Shown: positions 12,233-25,460 of the stretch, piece after piece
Layout of the letters: the number at the start of each line of letters is the position of its first letter
Position numbering within the stretch: position 1 is the stretch's first letter
Origin: Catajapyx aquilonaris
Lineage: Eukaryota
Reading direction: 5' to 3'
Assembly (NCBI GenBank): GCA_000934665.2
Contig: KZ537985.1
Span: 124,001 to 179,948, forward strand
Length of the DNA: 55,948 nucleotides
Notes under the pieces: generated by a model
Databases searched by the model: none
What the model saw: the letters and a program-made list of their open reading frames with translations, nothing else
What the model was told of the DNA's origin: nothing
Position numbers and translations under genes: made by a program

Positions 12233-13894
12233 TCGCATGTTTAGAATAACATACAAGGTGTCTCAGTTGGCGGTCAACTTAGCAAGTCTAGGAATCCTTT
12301 TACCATCCACTTGACAATCCTTCTCACCGCATAATATACTAAGCCCTATAAAAAACAGCCTGAATTGCCACTTAGGTGGCGGGTATGCAAACTTTTGGCA
12401 TGCCTACCATAATTGATTACAATAGTCACTTAGGGGGCCACCGCACCGGCTATGTAGCACGCAAATTCCCCGAGACAACTTTGTGAAAATTCTCCCAATC
12501 TCAGCACACTGGGGCTTTCCACTTAGAGAAAGTAGGAAAGTCCTGCCGCATTTGAATAAGACGCCAACGTGGCAGATCTGGGATGACAAATGCGACAACC
12601 CCCCAGTTCGCTTTTCTTCAAATTCAATATTCGTACCTCCCCCCCCCCTCCCTCCCCTTTCCTTCTTCTTCTTCTTCTTCCTTGCGATCCGAAACATTTT
12701 TATCCCCTTTTGGAATTCCAAAGAGGATCCTCTGCAAGTTACCAAACCTTCCTTCCCATTTCCTATGCAAATGACATGCGCCGGGCAGATTCCGCCGTAC
12801 GACGCTTTAATCCAACCAAAGTCGAATGGGCCCTTGGAGTCTTCTTTTTAATCGCCTAAAGATTACTTCCCCCCTTGCTCCGGAATGGATACACACTGTT
12901 CCTACACGAGGCTAACTCTAGGTTGAGGTATAACATCGCATGGGAAAGCCTAGGGGGCCATGGAGGCCTTTTTAAATATGCAAAACTCGGGGCATAATTT
13001 TCGAACGGCAAGGGTTGCCTCTTGGCATTAAAATATACATGGCTAGGCCAAAAGTTGTGCCGGAATGAAACAATTGGGCTTATGGGCGGCTCAAAGTCGT
13101 TGTTCTTTCATAATTTAGGGTTGTACTAGAGGAATTATTGCGCTTTATTGCTTAAGAACGCCATCAAAGGGGGGGTCGATGGAAAAGTCGCTTAATATCA
13201 CGCATCCACGGCAAAAGGGGCGCAATTAATACCCCCAAAATAATGAATCAAGGTGTACTTACAGTTGAAGCACGCATCTGTAGAAACCCATATCTGCAAC
13301 AACAATGAAAATATTATTACATGATGTCATGCGACACACCAATTTTCAGGGTGACCGGACTAAAATTTACCAGTGCAATCAATTAACCCCGCGACTTAAA
13401 CAGCACTCTAATTAATGCCACAGCAAGTGATCGATCACCAAAAAGTTGTTTCAAATTTTTTCTTAAACCCCACAATTTCTCTTCGCAATAGTAACCAGCT
13501 TGTTATTAGTGCTAATTCAATTTGGAGCCCGAACTTGTTTAAGTTCATTTTTTAGCTAATACCCATGGCATGGAAAATTGCTTTTAAAAAAAGTGTCGGG
13601 ATGAATCTCCATCTTGGCGAAGAGAGGAGGAAAATTAGGCGGCCTTTATAAGCAAACAACATCAATCTTGCAGATCCTGACACTCCTAAACCAATTTATT
13701 CATCACGTTGATTGCGAGTTGCTTGTTTCCACGACGCCACTTTGCCCTGTTTCACTTTACTCCCGTTAGGAGACAATGTTCTAAGGTGTTAACTCTTTCA
13801 GACACAAGTTTTGACCCCGAGTAGTACAGCCATGGAAGTAATTAGCGTAATTTGTCCTCATCTGAGGCTGGCACAATTGGCAATCGTCCTGCCA

Positions 13895-13957
13895 GGCAGT
13901 AACACGACACCCCAGCATCAACGCCATCTAGTACCGAGTAGTTGCGCCATCTACTGG
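13895..13957 (+). promoter_or_regulatory. Degenerate partner motif plus two tandem CTCF-like motifs
   Basis: GGCAGTAACACGAC 13895-13908; CGCCATCTAGTAC 13922-13934; CGCCATCTACTGG 13945-13957. Confidence 0.55.
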
Positions 13958-14629
13958 CTGTGAAATCACTATTCAAAAATCGAGCCCTATAACTAGCAAC
14001 ATCGATCCGTTGTTGACACTACTCGCAACAAAATATCGGTTTTAAATATTTCATTATTCATATAATAACCCCCGGGCCGCCATATTTGAGCCCATTGTCC
14101 AGCATAGTCAAACAAATGATGTTAGCCACAAGTACGCCAAGAGTGGAAGCCCCCGTATAAATAAATGATATTCATGAGAAGAAGTCCCAATTAGTCCGAG
14201 TTGGCTTCCAGGTGGATGTTATTGACTTAGTAAAACCGGACAAAGCTTTTCCCTCTTCCCGCCATTTCACCCTCGGGCCCTCTTTTCCCGCTCTTTCCGC
14301 TCCACAAAATGGGTTCTACATCAAGGTACCTCGGGTACAAAAAAAAACCAAGGCTTCTCTCTCATTTTCGCCTCTTGGCCTCACGAAACACATCGACGAA
14401 AATGTTCGCCATAGCACTGCCAAAATTGCGAATTGTGTGCAGCCTGGAATTTTGTCACAACTCGCGGAATTTAATTCCTGCGCTTTAAATTCAATCAAAT
14501 GTTTCCGCGCATTAATTTTCGAAAGGCCCTGGGGCCGTCCAAATTAAATTTAGTTGATTCCAAAATTCTGTGGCGCTGATTAGCAAATATTTCGCGACAA
14601 AATCTGCATGCGCCACAAGATGGGGTTGA

Positions 14630-14698
14630 AAGTTGGAAGTTGTGGCAAGAGATGGCGTGAATACGGCGGGTGACGTGATAGTCAGTCGTGAGACAGCC
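14630..14698 (-). promoter_or_regulatory. Composite partner motif plus CTCF-like site
   Basis: Minus strand: GGCTGTCTCACGACT (14698-14684), then CGCCATCTCTTGC (14657-14645), 10 nt, AACTT. Confidence 0.6.
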
Positions 14699-14783
14699 CG
14701 AGAGAAGACTAGCGTTATTTTTTTTAAATGTTTACCCCATTGAGAGATCAAACTAGACTAATATTATTGGACCATGGCTCTGA

Positions 14784-15135
14784 CAAGGGAATGACCAAGG
14801 TTTGTCGCCTCCGATTTCGCTGAAATTTGCATGATGGGTCAATCATGTGCCATAAACACAGTGGTGAAAGTCCTAAATGGCAATGTTTAGAAGTTTCCCA
14901 GATATGAGCGACAGAAGAATCCCAATTTTACCCGCGCGCACAGGGGTCGGGCGGGAAAGGAACAAGTGCAAGGCCCCTATACGCGCGGCCAAAAGTCGGA
15001 TGTATTGTCGCTCATATCTCGGAAACGGCTGAACACTGCAATTTAGGACTTTCACCACTGTGTCTATGGCAGATGATTGACCCCTCATGAAAGTTTAAGC
15101 CAAATCGGAGGCGACCACCCTTGGTCATTCCCTTG
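14784..15135. mobile_element. Fold-back MITE with 3-bp TSD (PIF/Harbinger-like, tentative)
   Basis: TGA|CAAGGGAATGACCAAGG ... CCTTGGTCATTCCCTTG|TGA; arms pair imperfectly over ~160 bp. Confidence 0.85.
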
Positions 15136-17694
15136 TGAGTGAGGCACAACACTACTATTATAAACCTTCAAATGAAATAGCCTACTCACCTATACCAAGT
15201 GGACGGTGAACTTGCCCGTCAGAAAATAGGCCTGGGCTGGGCCTAGCCTACCCTTTTATAAGGACGCCCCCCCCCCGCCAAAAAAGTGGGGGCAGGAGGG
15301 GTTAGGATCCTCCCTTAAAAACTCAGGGAAGGCAAGTTATTGCCCAGAGATTGAGCTCGCTTGGCAGCATTTCTTCTAAGTACCTTTTACCCCCACAAAC
15401 CTTTAATCTTGCTCTTTGCCCGCCCCATCTCCCCCCATAAAAAGAACTTGCAGGGTAGAGTGGTCATGGGGAGGAGGTAGTAGGTCTAAAATAAGAGGTA
15501 TTGTCAGCACTCTGCTACCTGTCGTCCAAAGTCGCGACAAATGTCACTTTATTGGAAGGATTACTTTCCCTTCGCAGCTTCTTGCGATTTTCTTCCCCCC
15601 ACTTCCTTACAATCTCAGTGGTGGGCAGGAGAGGTACAATTACCTGCACGACATAACACGTTGTCGTCTTGTGACCGGAGCAAATTACGGTGCACGAATT
15701 ATTTTAAAACATTGTTTCAGTTCCGAAAATGATGAATATAAATCAAGTTTTCTGGGTAATTAAATATAATGCGTGTCGATAAGACAATATTGCGTGCTCA
15801 CCCTATAGTAACCTGAGCTGTTCTGATGTGAAACTAGTAAGCCGGTCCTAAGCTTCGGAGGATAAAAAAACGTCTTTTGTGTCCATGACAACTTGCCACA
15901 GCTTCTTTTCAGGGCGATATAAAAGTGTCCCCCCACCTTCAGAAAAAGATAAAGAAGTGCGGGCACCTACTTAAGGACGTGTCACACTTGAGCCTCTTTT
16001 CAGACCCCTCTTCTTTTTTTTCCAAAACCTTTCCCAGCACACCCAAAACCCTCTTATAACCTAGCCCATATGACGCCCTCATACAATACGGCCCAACAAG
16101 CCCGTTATGCTAAACGCACCTCATTTGCTGGAATAAAACACGTCCACTTCTGGCTAAGTAATATGCTGTAACATGAATTAATGAGGTGGATGTTACGCCT
16201 GTGTGGCATCGACCATATGGGCCAGGCGACTATAAATTTTGGAAACACCGAACATGTAGACTCCCTATAACAATCAGAAAAAATGGCACTCTGCAAATGA
16301 ATTATTTAAGCTCCATATTTTAATAAGCGAATTTTGTAAATGTGCTGGCAATTAATGCGCTTATACTTTTTATGAGGAGAAAAGCAGCTGCTTCAGGCAC
16401 TCTTTTCCAACTAAGTTATATGCGGCTTAAAAGTGCTCACATTCTTGAAACGCAATGGTATATACAACATGCACATGGTCCAAAAGTAGCATTTCGTATT
16501 AGAGTTTCATGTCATCCTTGAGTTGAAAAAGGAATGGGATTAAAATAATATGGCAAAGCTTCCAAACCCGGCTTTTCGTCTCAAAATAACACGCTCCGGC
16601 TACAAAAATACATGTTCATAATGTCACATTAATTTAGGAACATGTTCACACATATCCTGCCAGGTCACTGTTGACTCAACAGTCGATTCATTAATAAATC
16701 AGACAGACCTTAAGCACACGCACCCTAAAATTGAATACGTAAAATATTTACGAATTTGCCCAATTGTAGCGCATATTTGAATATTTCGGCCCGTTTCTGT
16801 TTCTACATGCAAAACTAGGTTACGTCCCCAGCAGATTTTCCCAGCTAAAACCTCCCCCATAAAAGCAGCTTGAAATTACCTGCAACAACCTCTTCTGCTG
16901 GTCACCTCTCCGCAAACGATACTAGTCAAAAACCCCGGTACACTCCTGCACGTACCTCTGCAGCGGAATTCGGGTTTTCTGGCCCAGGTCCGACATAGTC
17001 CATCGCAGCTTTTGCCAGCTATCTCATGAAACATGCAGACTATGTGGTGTTCACATGGGACCGGAGGGCAATTACGCCTCTGCAACGTCCCTCTTAACCC
17101 CGATTATCGTGCATGTGTGTCGTGTGTACCAATCCTGATACTCTGCCAAAAAAAAAAAAAGAGGCCCACCCACCAATTGCATTTTCGGAGCGAAATTGAG
17201 GCATCGTTGTCATAAACACACTTATTTGGATTAAGTCGTGATAGCCTCTGGGTTTTGAATCATCTGGTACCGGGTGCGTCCAAACGTCATTCCGAATCAC
17301 CCTGTAGTCCAGTGTTGGAGGGGATGGAGGAACGCAATAATTGCGCTTGACGGCTGGCCAAACGGGCAAATTGGCCTCCTCTTTCTCATTCCGAGTTGGA
17401 GCCAAACGTGTATTCCCTCCGGCTTCCCAACGTGATTGGAACATGTGCACCGCATCACCATGCCTACCCTTCCTTCGGGCAATGCATACCCACCATTTCA
17501 TTTTTTTTTCCGACCCTCTCTCGCCCTCTTTATGTACCTCGGAACATCCCAGTGTGAAACAGCGTTTATTCCACAGCCCTTGGACATTTTTTATTCATTG
17601 GAATGGCATCCATTATGCTGCTCACTTCAACTGGAAGATCTGAATGAGTGTGGATAAAACCAGGTAATTTCAAGATAATCTCTCTTAAAATTTT

Positions 17695-17765
17695 AAGCAG
17701 CATGATATGAAGCAGCATGGCTATATGAAGCAACATGGCTATATGAAGCAGCATGACTATATGAA
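17695..17765 (+). repeat. 18-bp minisatellite (~4 copies)
   Basis: AAGCAGCATGGCTATATG repeated with small variations. Confidence 0.9.
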
Positions 17766-17786
17766 TTTCAAATATTACATCCATTT

Positions 17787-18123
17787 GGGGAGACGGAGTG
17801 GCGCCGCGGTAACGCGCGCGCCCACGTTAGTTAAGGTCCCGGGTTCAATCCCCACCCGGGGTTCCCACCTTCTTTCGTGCAGAGTTGGGCCATCTCTGGC
17901 TTCGTTTCGGGTGGCAATTTCCGGCAGACTAAGCCACCCGGGGAGTTCACAAAATGACGATTAGAGACATTGCACTTGCACTTCGCACATCCCCTCCCAC
18001 CCACCCTTGGAGCATACTAATTAAGATTCTTCTTAAACTCGCTCCAAAAACAATTCCAAAGGTGGCAACCCACCCCCCCTAAGGAGTAGTATAACTCCCC
18101 CCGTGGGGTAATGAAATATATAT
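17787..18123 (+). mobile_element. tRNA-derived SINE, full length
   Basis: GGGG start, A-box TGGCGCCGCGG, B-box GGTTCAATCCC, (AT)n tail, exact 15-bp TSD ATATTACATCCATTT at 17772-17786 and 18124-18138. Confidence 0.9.
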
Positions 18124-18253
18124 ATATTACATCCATTTTATAACCAGTTCTGACAGGGTTACTCAGGGCGTGGTCGTCACCTACAGTAAGTACACACTGG
18201 TTGCTTATAAGCCTCATCTGAGGCACCCACAATGCCGCTTCCGACACCTCCCA

Positions 18254-18281
18254 CGCCATCTACCGGAGAAACTCCCAACTA
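18254..18281 (+). promoter_or_regulatory. CTCF-like motif with N10-AACTA extension
   Basis: CGCCATCTACCGG AGAAACTCCC AACTA. Confidence 0.65.
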
Positions 18282-21215
18282 GCCAGATAGGTCATGATTG
18301 TTTTCCTTTAAAATTTAACAAGGCACCAACTTGCCAAATTTAAGCAACAAATTAGGCAAAAGTGCGAAAAGTGCGCAGCAGCATCGAAGCGACATCCGAC
18401 GGGGAGGTGCAGAAGTAAGCGAGGCGCCCGGAACGGTGGAAATTGTAATTCCGTGGAAGGGCCGCGGTCACTTTTTAAAGTTTTACAAAGTCCCTCGGTA
18501 CCGTTTCCAAAAAACAAAAATGGTTTGCTAATATAGAAAACACGGGCAAAATTTTGACAGCACTCCCAAAGCTGTAGGCCGTACGGTGCGGGAGGAGTTG
18601 CCATGATAGTCAGATTTTAATAATACAGGTTTTAAAATAAGGTTTTAAAATCGTGGATAGTTACAGAAAAGTCACTCAATTGCTGATACATGTTAAATAA
18701 CAATTCGCCTCGGGTAACTACAGTACTGTGCACAAAACTGTACATGTTATACAAATTTCGTGCATGTAACGCCGGAAGTCATACAATGCAACAGACAAAT
18801 AGCCTCAAAATAGCAATACGACCGGCGCCAGTAAACATTCGCTCCGTAAAATCCAGAATCACGAATCCCTGTAAAATATGACCCCAAACTACCCAAAATG
18901 ACCTGTCAAATCCGTAACGGAAGCGTACCAAATAACTGTCTGACCATTACAAAAAAATTCAACTCCACCCCCCAAAAAAACAAGAATTTCCCGTTTTTTG
19001 GAGGCAGATGGGTAAAACAAATGAAAGTAGGAAAGCAAATGGGGTGGAAGTGACTTTGGGCAAACATTCCCCGCGGCGAGGTTTACCCAAACAAATCTTC
19101 AATTTCCTTGCGGGTAGGATTTGGCGGGAGATTATCAAGCCAGGGGGTGGTTCGTGGGTCCCTATACCCCCTCTGGAATCGGAAAAACGACAATAAAGTA
19201 TGTGGAAGTAATGGTCGTAAAGTCTCATTACGGGCAACAGGGAGGAAATCCCAGCCCAGGAGAGGGTCAACAACGATGGAAAGGAAGAAAGAAAAAAAAG
19301 GAGGAAATCTTATCGTGGATCTCAAGAATGCTCACTCCGCCCCATTTTCAAAAAGAGGAGAAAAAAAACATTCCACTCTAGTTTCATCAAAATTCATGTC
19401 CCAATTTTTCGCCTCGTTCGGTTCTAATGTGAACCCTTCCTAGATATATGTCTGGCATAAGTTGTTCATAACTGGAGCTCCCCCGTAACGGCATTATCGC
19501 AACTCATAGCGATATGCCCTATGAATCTGATTGGCTACCAGGCCTGGTTCTGACAATTGCTCAATTTTCCTGCTGAATTGTTCGGGCTTGGAAAATAAAT
19601 GCAATGACCTTTTCCTATAGTTCGGTATAACTTCAATTTTAAAAAATCTGCCATTTTAAATAACGTGCGCGAATTATTGGCTGTTTTCATTGTAGCCCCT
19701 CATTTTAAGGTGTTGCAATATTAATGAAATGTTAATGAACAATTAAAACAAAAAATTAAATGAGTTTGAAAATCACAATTTTCTGGAAATGTTCAATGTT
19801 TTTGTTCACTTTTGATGGGTTTTTTTTCCGGGTATTTAATTATGCAAAAATTGTGTTTAGCTTATCTTAGAACAATTTCAAAAATCAATCCCGGAAGGTA
19901 TCCACTTGAAAATTTCTGCACCTCCGTAACACACCCTCATCTTGAACCTAACTTTACACTAACTCCAGACTCAGTTTCATTCCACTAATTTCCTAACTTA
20001 ACCGTACCCCGTCCATATAAGATGTAAGTGCAGATTAGAATGGGAGGTGCGAGACTTTGGGAAGTAGAATAGTGCTAGCATGGCGGTTAGGTACAGTCAA
20101 GGAAGAAAGAAAGAAAGAAAAAAAAAAAACCGTCTTGAATTCTCACAGGACATTAACTTGGCTTTTGTAGTCGGCCTTGTATTTGTAACTTGGGCTCGGC
20201 AGCTGCACAGGCAATTTTCCCCAAACCCAGCCTGGAAAAGTTTTCCTCGGGAAACGGCCATTTTCCTTCGGGATTGGGAGCTGCTGGGAAGGGTCGTGGT
20301 TGTGGTAAGACTGGGGGAGTTTTCTTTATATTATTTCCCAAGACGATGTTCCAAATGAAGTTGCAACACCTGATAACATTGGTTGCAAAAAAAATAAAAA
20401 TTAACACTAATATTTAGAGACGAAGCATGGCAATGGCGCATAATCATAACATGATTTTAAACTGTTATTTCAGCGGCGTCCAAGGCTATTGAGCATACGA
20501 TCTATTTTTGCAGCCCTGTTTTTATTATGGCTTACGTCAAGTGACCCGATTTGCTATGCGGCTCAAAATCCCACAAATGGTAATGCAGAATTTGAAAAAC
20601 AGCTGAAACTAAACAACCTAAAAAAAATGGGTAAAATAACTGGCTTCCCCAATTACAGTCTAGATATCTGATCAAGAACAGCTATCCAAATAATGGGTGA
20701 GTACAATCAGATAAGAACATCAAAAATTTGTCATTGTCAGTTCAACCTGTAAATTTTTTTTTTTATATACCACCCTGTAAGTCAAGCACCACACTTGACA
20801 ATACCCAAGTAACGGTTATCGTATCGATATATCGTCAGTACTAACAACCTGCATACCACTTCCCCAGCAGGGACCGTAAATCTCCTTACTTTTCCGGAGC
20901 ACTTTGGTGGAAAAGTTGCGGCGGTGTCCATGGCGACAGCGGTCATTTCCCATGTGCTGGGTTAGGGAACCGCAAAGGCTTTTGGGAAGGCGTTAAGCCT
21001 GCGTCTGACGTGAAATCGGCGCTGCCCAACACTCAATAGCCCTGAAATTGGCGACAGCTTCCCCAACCCTCTTCACACTTTATGACTCTTCTGGGCCTGC
21101 TATATAAACCCAGGTTGCTCACTTACTAGATTCAATATGCCCTGCTCTCTAATATTAAAATTCTGTCATATACTGTTCCAATTAGCCCCCAAATATTGTG
21201 CCGATTAAGGACGAA

Positions 21216-21318
21216 AATTGTGGCATCCACCAGAGGCGCTGCGCTGCCTCCCCATTGCGCAGGCGATGCGCCTGCGCAATGGGGAGGCAGAACAGCGCCT
21301 CTGGTGGATGGCACAATT
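21216..21318. repeat. GC-rich palindrome (MITE-like) with CCACCAGAGGCGCT in each arm
   Basis: AATTGTGGCATCCACCAGAGGCGCTG..CCCCATTGCGCAGGCG AT GCGCCTGCGCAATGGGG..CAGCGCCTCTGGTGGATGGCACAATT. Confidence 0.85.
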
Positions 21319-22688
21319 CTTTTGTGTATATACCATTGCCGTCTGCAACAATACAACCAATAATTGCCACATTGTGGACCACACTGCACCTCCAGGAAGG
21401 AAGCCCATCTAAGGCACCAGGAGAGAAAAGAGACATCAAATTATAGTTGGGGAGAGTGGGCCTGCGCGTTCATATTGCCGTGGAGGGTAACAAAGGCTCC
21501 CATTACCCTGGCAGCTCGGCCTAAGCGCCCTGCTTTTATTACACGGACGCTATTAGTAGACTTGGCTTCATTTGCATACAATAAAGTGGACGGGGTCAGG
21601 AAGAGGAGCCTTTCCACAGAGTTCCCCGAGTGAATTCTACGAACAATTGACACGTGGATGGTACTGAAATTCCGTGGTATACTGCCGGAAATCAAGCTAG
21701 GTCGGTTCTTTAAAAAACCATTACGGTACTAATGGGTGCCAAGACTTGAGCTTGTTGGTGTCAACATCATCCATTTGCTGATTTTCGTCAGAGCGTGTTC
21801 CTATCACGGGATGTCAAATATTACCTGCGGATAACTGACGGCACCCTGAATGATGCATTCGCACCGGTGCTAAGAGCTCTGAAATCAGTGACGTAATTAT
21901 TCCCAGACTTATTCATCAACCCTGTCAACTGCCATGAGATGTCACATTACAGTACACACTTTTAATACGTGAAAGGTGTGAAAACCGCGTATGAAAATCA
22001 GGCTTAAGTCACAAGCTAGCCTGTAATAATTAACCTGGTTTTAAGCGCGCATGTGGCCTAAAAAACCACGAGCATAACACAAGTCCTTCAGAGGCGCATT
22101 TAATTAACGCCGTTAGTAATGACTGGTTAATTAATGCGATTAAATCCGGGTGTGGGTGGCCTTTGCTGGGCTAGGAAGGTTTTGTGCTTTTCCAGTGTTG
22201 ACAAAAGGGTACCGCAAACAATGTTGACTCCTTGTTCCCCCGGTCACATTCAACTTGCCGGCTAATCCTAGATCATAGAGCCGCTTTATTGCTCCTTGTC
22301 GGCCGCAACACAGCTCACTAATCATGTTGCTTCTAACGCCCGCTAATTAGGGCGCCCTCGGTCTCTGCTAATTGCCATTCTTCAGGGGGGTGTCCCACGT
22401 GCTTTTATCATATATAGTAGCACGTGGTCAAGACCGGGTGAGTCAGAAAATTCAGCCGGGTCATGACATATCGCACTCACACAGGCACTGTCAGTATAAT
22501 TTATACACACATATTTCGTGAGCTAATGATGGCAATAAATTAATTTTGATGAGGTTGAAGTGTATCGAGTGCCAGCTCTAACAATCCTCTATATAAAATT
22601 AACGCTCGATATTATAATTTTTCAGTGTATAACCATGTACACTGGCAGTATATTTTAGCCCGCCATCTTCATTCACCGGGGTCTTTAA

Positions 22689-22701
22689 CGCCATCTACCG
22701 G
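22689..22701 (+). promoter_or_regulatory. CTCF-like motif
   Basis: CGCCATCTACCGG, identical to the cores at 18254 and 24423. Confidence 0.5.
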
Positions 22702-23718
22702 TATCCCATCCTCATCACAAACCCATTAACAAGGCAGCCTTCCTTGACTGAGCATTTAAATCCAGGCGGCTAATGCGACACAAAATAACATTTACGAGCC
22801 CGACAAAACCATTCCCGCAGGGACAGAGCTCGAGTTAACAAACCGCGCTAAAAAACACGTGGCCCTTTTGTCTGCAGCACTACAAAAGGGCCGGTGGGGA
22901 TCATTCTATTCCCACTCCCCCGCCTTCCCCCACAACCAATGTACATCTGCGCCTATTAGTCCGATAGCACATCATATCAAAGTGTGCCCATTCCGCTGGT
23001 TATGTTCGCATCAAACTTTATCTGGGGGGGTATTAAATGAAGTTGTATCAAGAAGGCGACCATCTTTGATACGGTCAATGACCGTATCAAAGATGGCTGA
23101 ATATTTTCGACTTCCGGTCCAAACAGTTCAAAATGGCGTCGGATGTGCCGCGTTTATTAATCATTAGGTGCGTGTGGGCGGGGAAAGAAGGAAGCAGCGC
23201 CATTTCACACCGGCGTCGTTGACAAATGGGGACTCCGTGCTGGAGTTCACAAAGGGATCGGGTCACGACACGAAAAGTGCCCAGCCAGATGGGTCACACA
23301 TCTGCTTTCCCGCCATTTTTCACCTGGCTGTCTTTGACGGCTAAAGGTAAAAGGCCTCATTTTCCTTAGGACTCGGATTCACTTTGATCTGACTTATCTC
23401 GAGATCCTTTGACCACTCTGAATGCCAACGCTATCTCACTTTTCCTTCCAGCTGCTGTCCCCACACCCCCCCCCCCAACCAAGGCCCTCGTGTCTACACT
23501 CCCGAATTTCATTACAAGTGCAAGGAGCAACTTCCGTGTATAACTCTCCAAATGTTCCTGAGCACACTCGGAACTTCCCACTCTACGGATCACCAGGGAA
23601 CTTGTCATCTAATGTTTAAAGAGGTATTACATGGCAGTTCAATTATGGCCAGCTAAGCAGTTTTATCCTAGAATCACGTTTCTTCTGACATAAGCAATGC
23701 GGGTTGCCATGAATATTC

Positions 23719-24420
23719 ACTACTATCCGTTTATTTAATATAGGCATCTGTGTTTGACTCGAAACAACTCCCACATAAATGATCCAAAAAATTAATGTTG
23801 TATATCGTTGGAAAGCTAGTTTAAATCCATGTTACACATATGCGAGTTGGTTTCCTATCATCAGTGTGTAATTTTTTATCGCAAGAAGAAGGCGGAAAGG
23901 TGTGAAAAAGGTGTCAAAAAATGACACCTTTCCGCCTTCTTCTTGCGATAAAAAATTACCCACTGATGATAGCAAACCAACTCGCATATATGTAACATGG
24001 ATTTAAACTAGCTTTCCAACGATATATAACATTAATTTTTTGGATAATTTGCCTGGGAGTTGTTCCGAGTCAAACACAGCGGCATATCTATATAAATAGA
24101 GCCGTTTGTGAGTCTGTCTGTCTCTCTTTCCGTCTGTCCGCCTGCCAACCGTCACTTGCCTGCCAACCGTCACTTGCCTGCCATCTGTGCTCCACCCGCA
24201 GGCCGGAAGAGGATGGAGGTCTTCGGGGTTGACTACAGATGGCAGGCAAATGACGGTTGCCGTTACACAGGCGGGAGAGAGTAGCAGGAGATGGCATTGG
24301 TGGGCGGACACACAGAAAGACAGACAGTTGACGGGGCTACTGGCAGGTGTTTTCCCTTCATTCATTTCTTCCCGGGCAACGCCGGGTGCCGCAGCAAGTG
24401 TTAAATAAACGGATAGCAGT
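23719..24420. mobile_element. Fold-back MITE (~390 bp) interrupted by a Helitron in its right arm
   Basis: Arms ~190 bp and near-identical; the left terminus ACTACTATCCGTTTATTTAA pairs with TTAAATAAACGGATAGCAGT (24401-24420) once 24087-24398 is removed; superfamily not assigned. Confidence 0.85.
24087..24398 (+). mobile_element. Non-autonomous Helitron
   Basis: Inserted between A and T with no TSD; 5' TCTATATAAATAG; (GTCT)n-like tract; 3' hairpin CCCGGGCAACGCCGGG (24371-24386) 12 nt before the end CAAG (CTRR variant). Confidence 0.85.
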
Positions 24421-24422
24421 TG

Positions 24423-24473
24423 CCGGTAGATGGCGTGGGATGTCCCGCCTTTGTAGGCAGTCGTGTGACATCC
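24423..24473 (-). promoter_or_regulatory. Composite partner motif plus CTCF-like site
   Basis: Minus strand: GGATGTCACACGACTGCCTACAAA (24473-24450), then CGCCATCTACCGG (24435-24423). Confidence 0.65.
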
Positions 24474-25269
24474 CCAGTCGAGGCCACTGGGGACAACTCA
24501 TTCTCGTCATAGTGTGCTTATTAACATCCCCGTTGTATCCAGCGTGACGAACGACCCCGGAACACGTACCCCAAGAAACCCCTCAAGATATATGAGTTGG
24601 GTGGGTACAAGGATGGTGCATGCCACCTCCTTCCCTTGTTTCCTCCTACTTGAGGCTATGTTCCGCCGTCCACGCGAAGAGGCCAAATATTTTAACAGAG
24701 TGCAGATATAAATCGGGGGATTATTGCCCGGATCGGAAGAGCAATAAAGGTCTCCTTTTTACGAGCACCTGGAAATCGAAGTCGGCCCGGAACCCACTGG
24801 CTTTTCCCCACTCTATCAACGCTTGATTCCCAGATAGATCGTGGCCACACACTGGAATCAGCCGGACTGACGTCACTCCGGGCCCGGTCACTCGTAAAAG
24901 TCAGCCGTTTCAGTTACCGGGAGTCCGTTTTATGATTTGCATGCGCATGTCGTCGGCCTAACATAGCTATGCTGGGGGGACGCTGCGCTGTTATCTAAGG
25001 TTATAAAATATTGCTCATGCCCTGATTTATGGACCTGCCCTTTGTGACTGAATACCGGTGGGAAATATATTTCAACTTATATTAAGATGTCTATGCATAA
25101 TGGATAGCTTTTTATATAGTGGGGCACAGTTTATTCGCATTTATCTGAGCTGTACTTTTCCACATTTATTTATTTTACCCCGTGATATGGGGAGCCCTTT
25201 TAGAGGGTTGGCATACCACCGTCAGTTTTCTTCGAGTTTTCTGACTCTTAGTTCACACATGGGTGTGGT

Positions 25270-25460
25270 CAAGGATGTAGGGACGGAAGGAGGCGGCTGT
25301 GGCCTATTTTTACGGACACGACCCCGGAATTGTCCTGGACCGTGGAAAACCACAGAAAACCACAGAAAACCACGGTCAGGGTCGCCGGCCCCGAGATTCG
25401 AACCCGGGACCTCGCGATTAGCAGGCGGACTCCATATCCACTACACCAACCTGCCTCGGT
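25270..25460 (-). mobile_element. tRNA-derived SINE, third family, copy 1
   Basis: Minus strand: TGGTGTAGTGG A-box, GGTTCGAATCTC B-box, GTGGTTTTC repeats, AATAGGCCACAGCCGCCTCCTTCC; homologous to 32258-32406; left boundary approximate. Confidence 0.8.
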
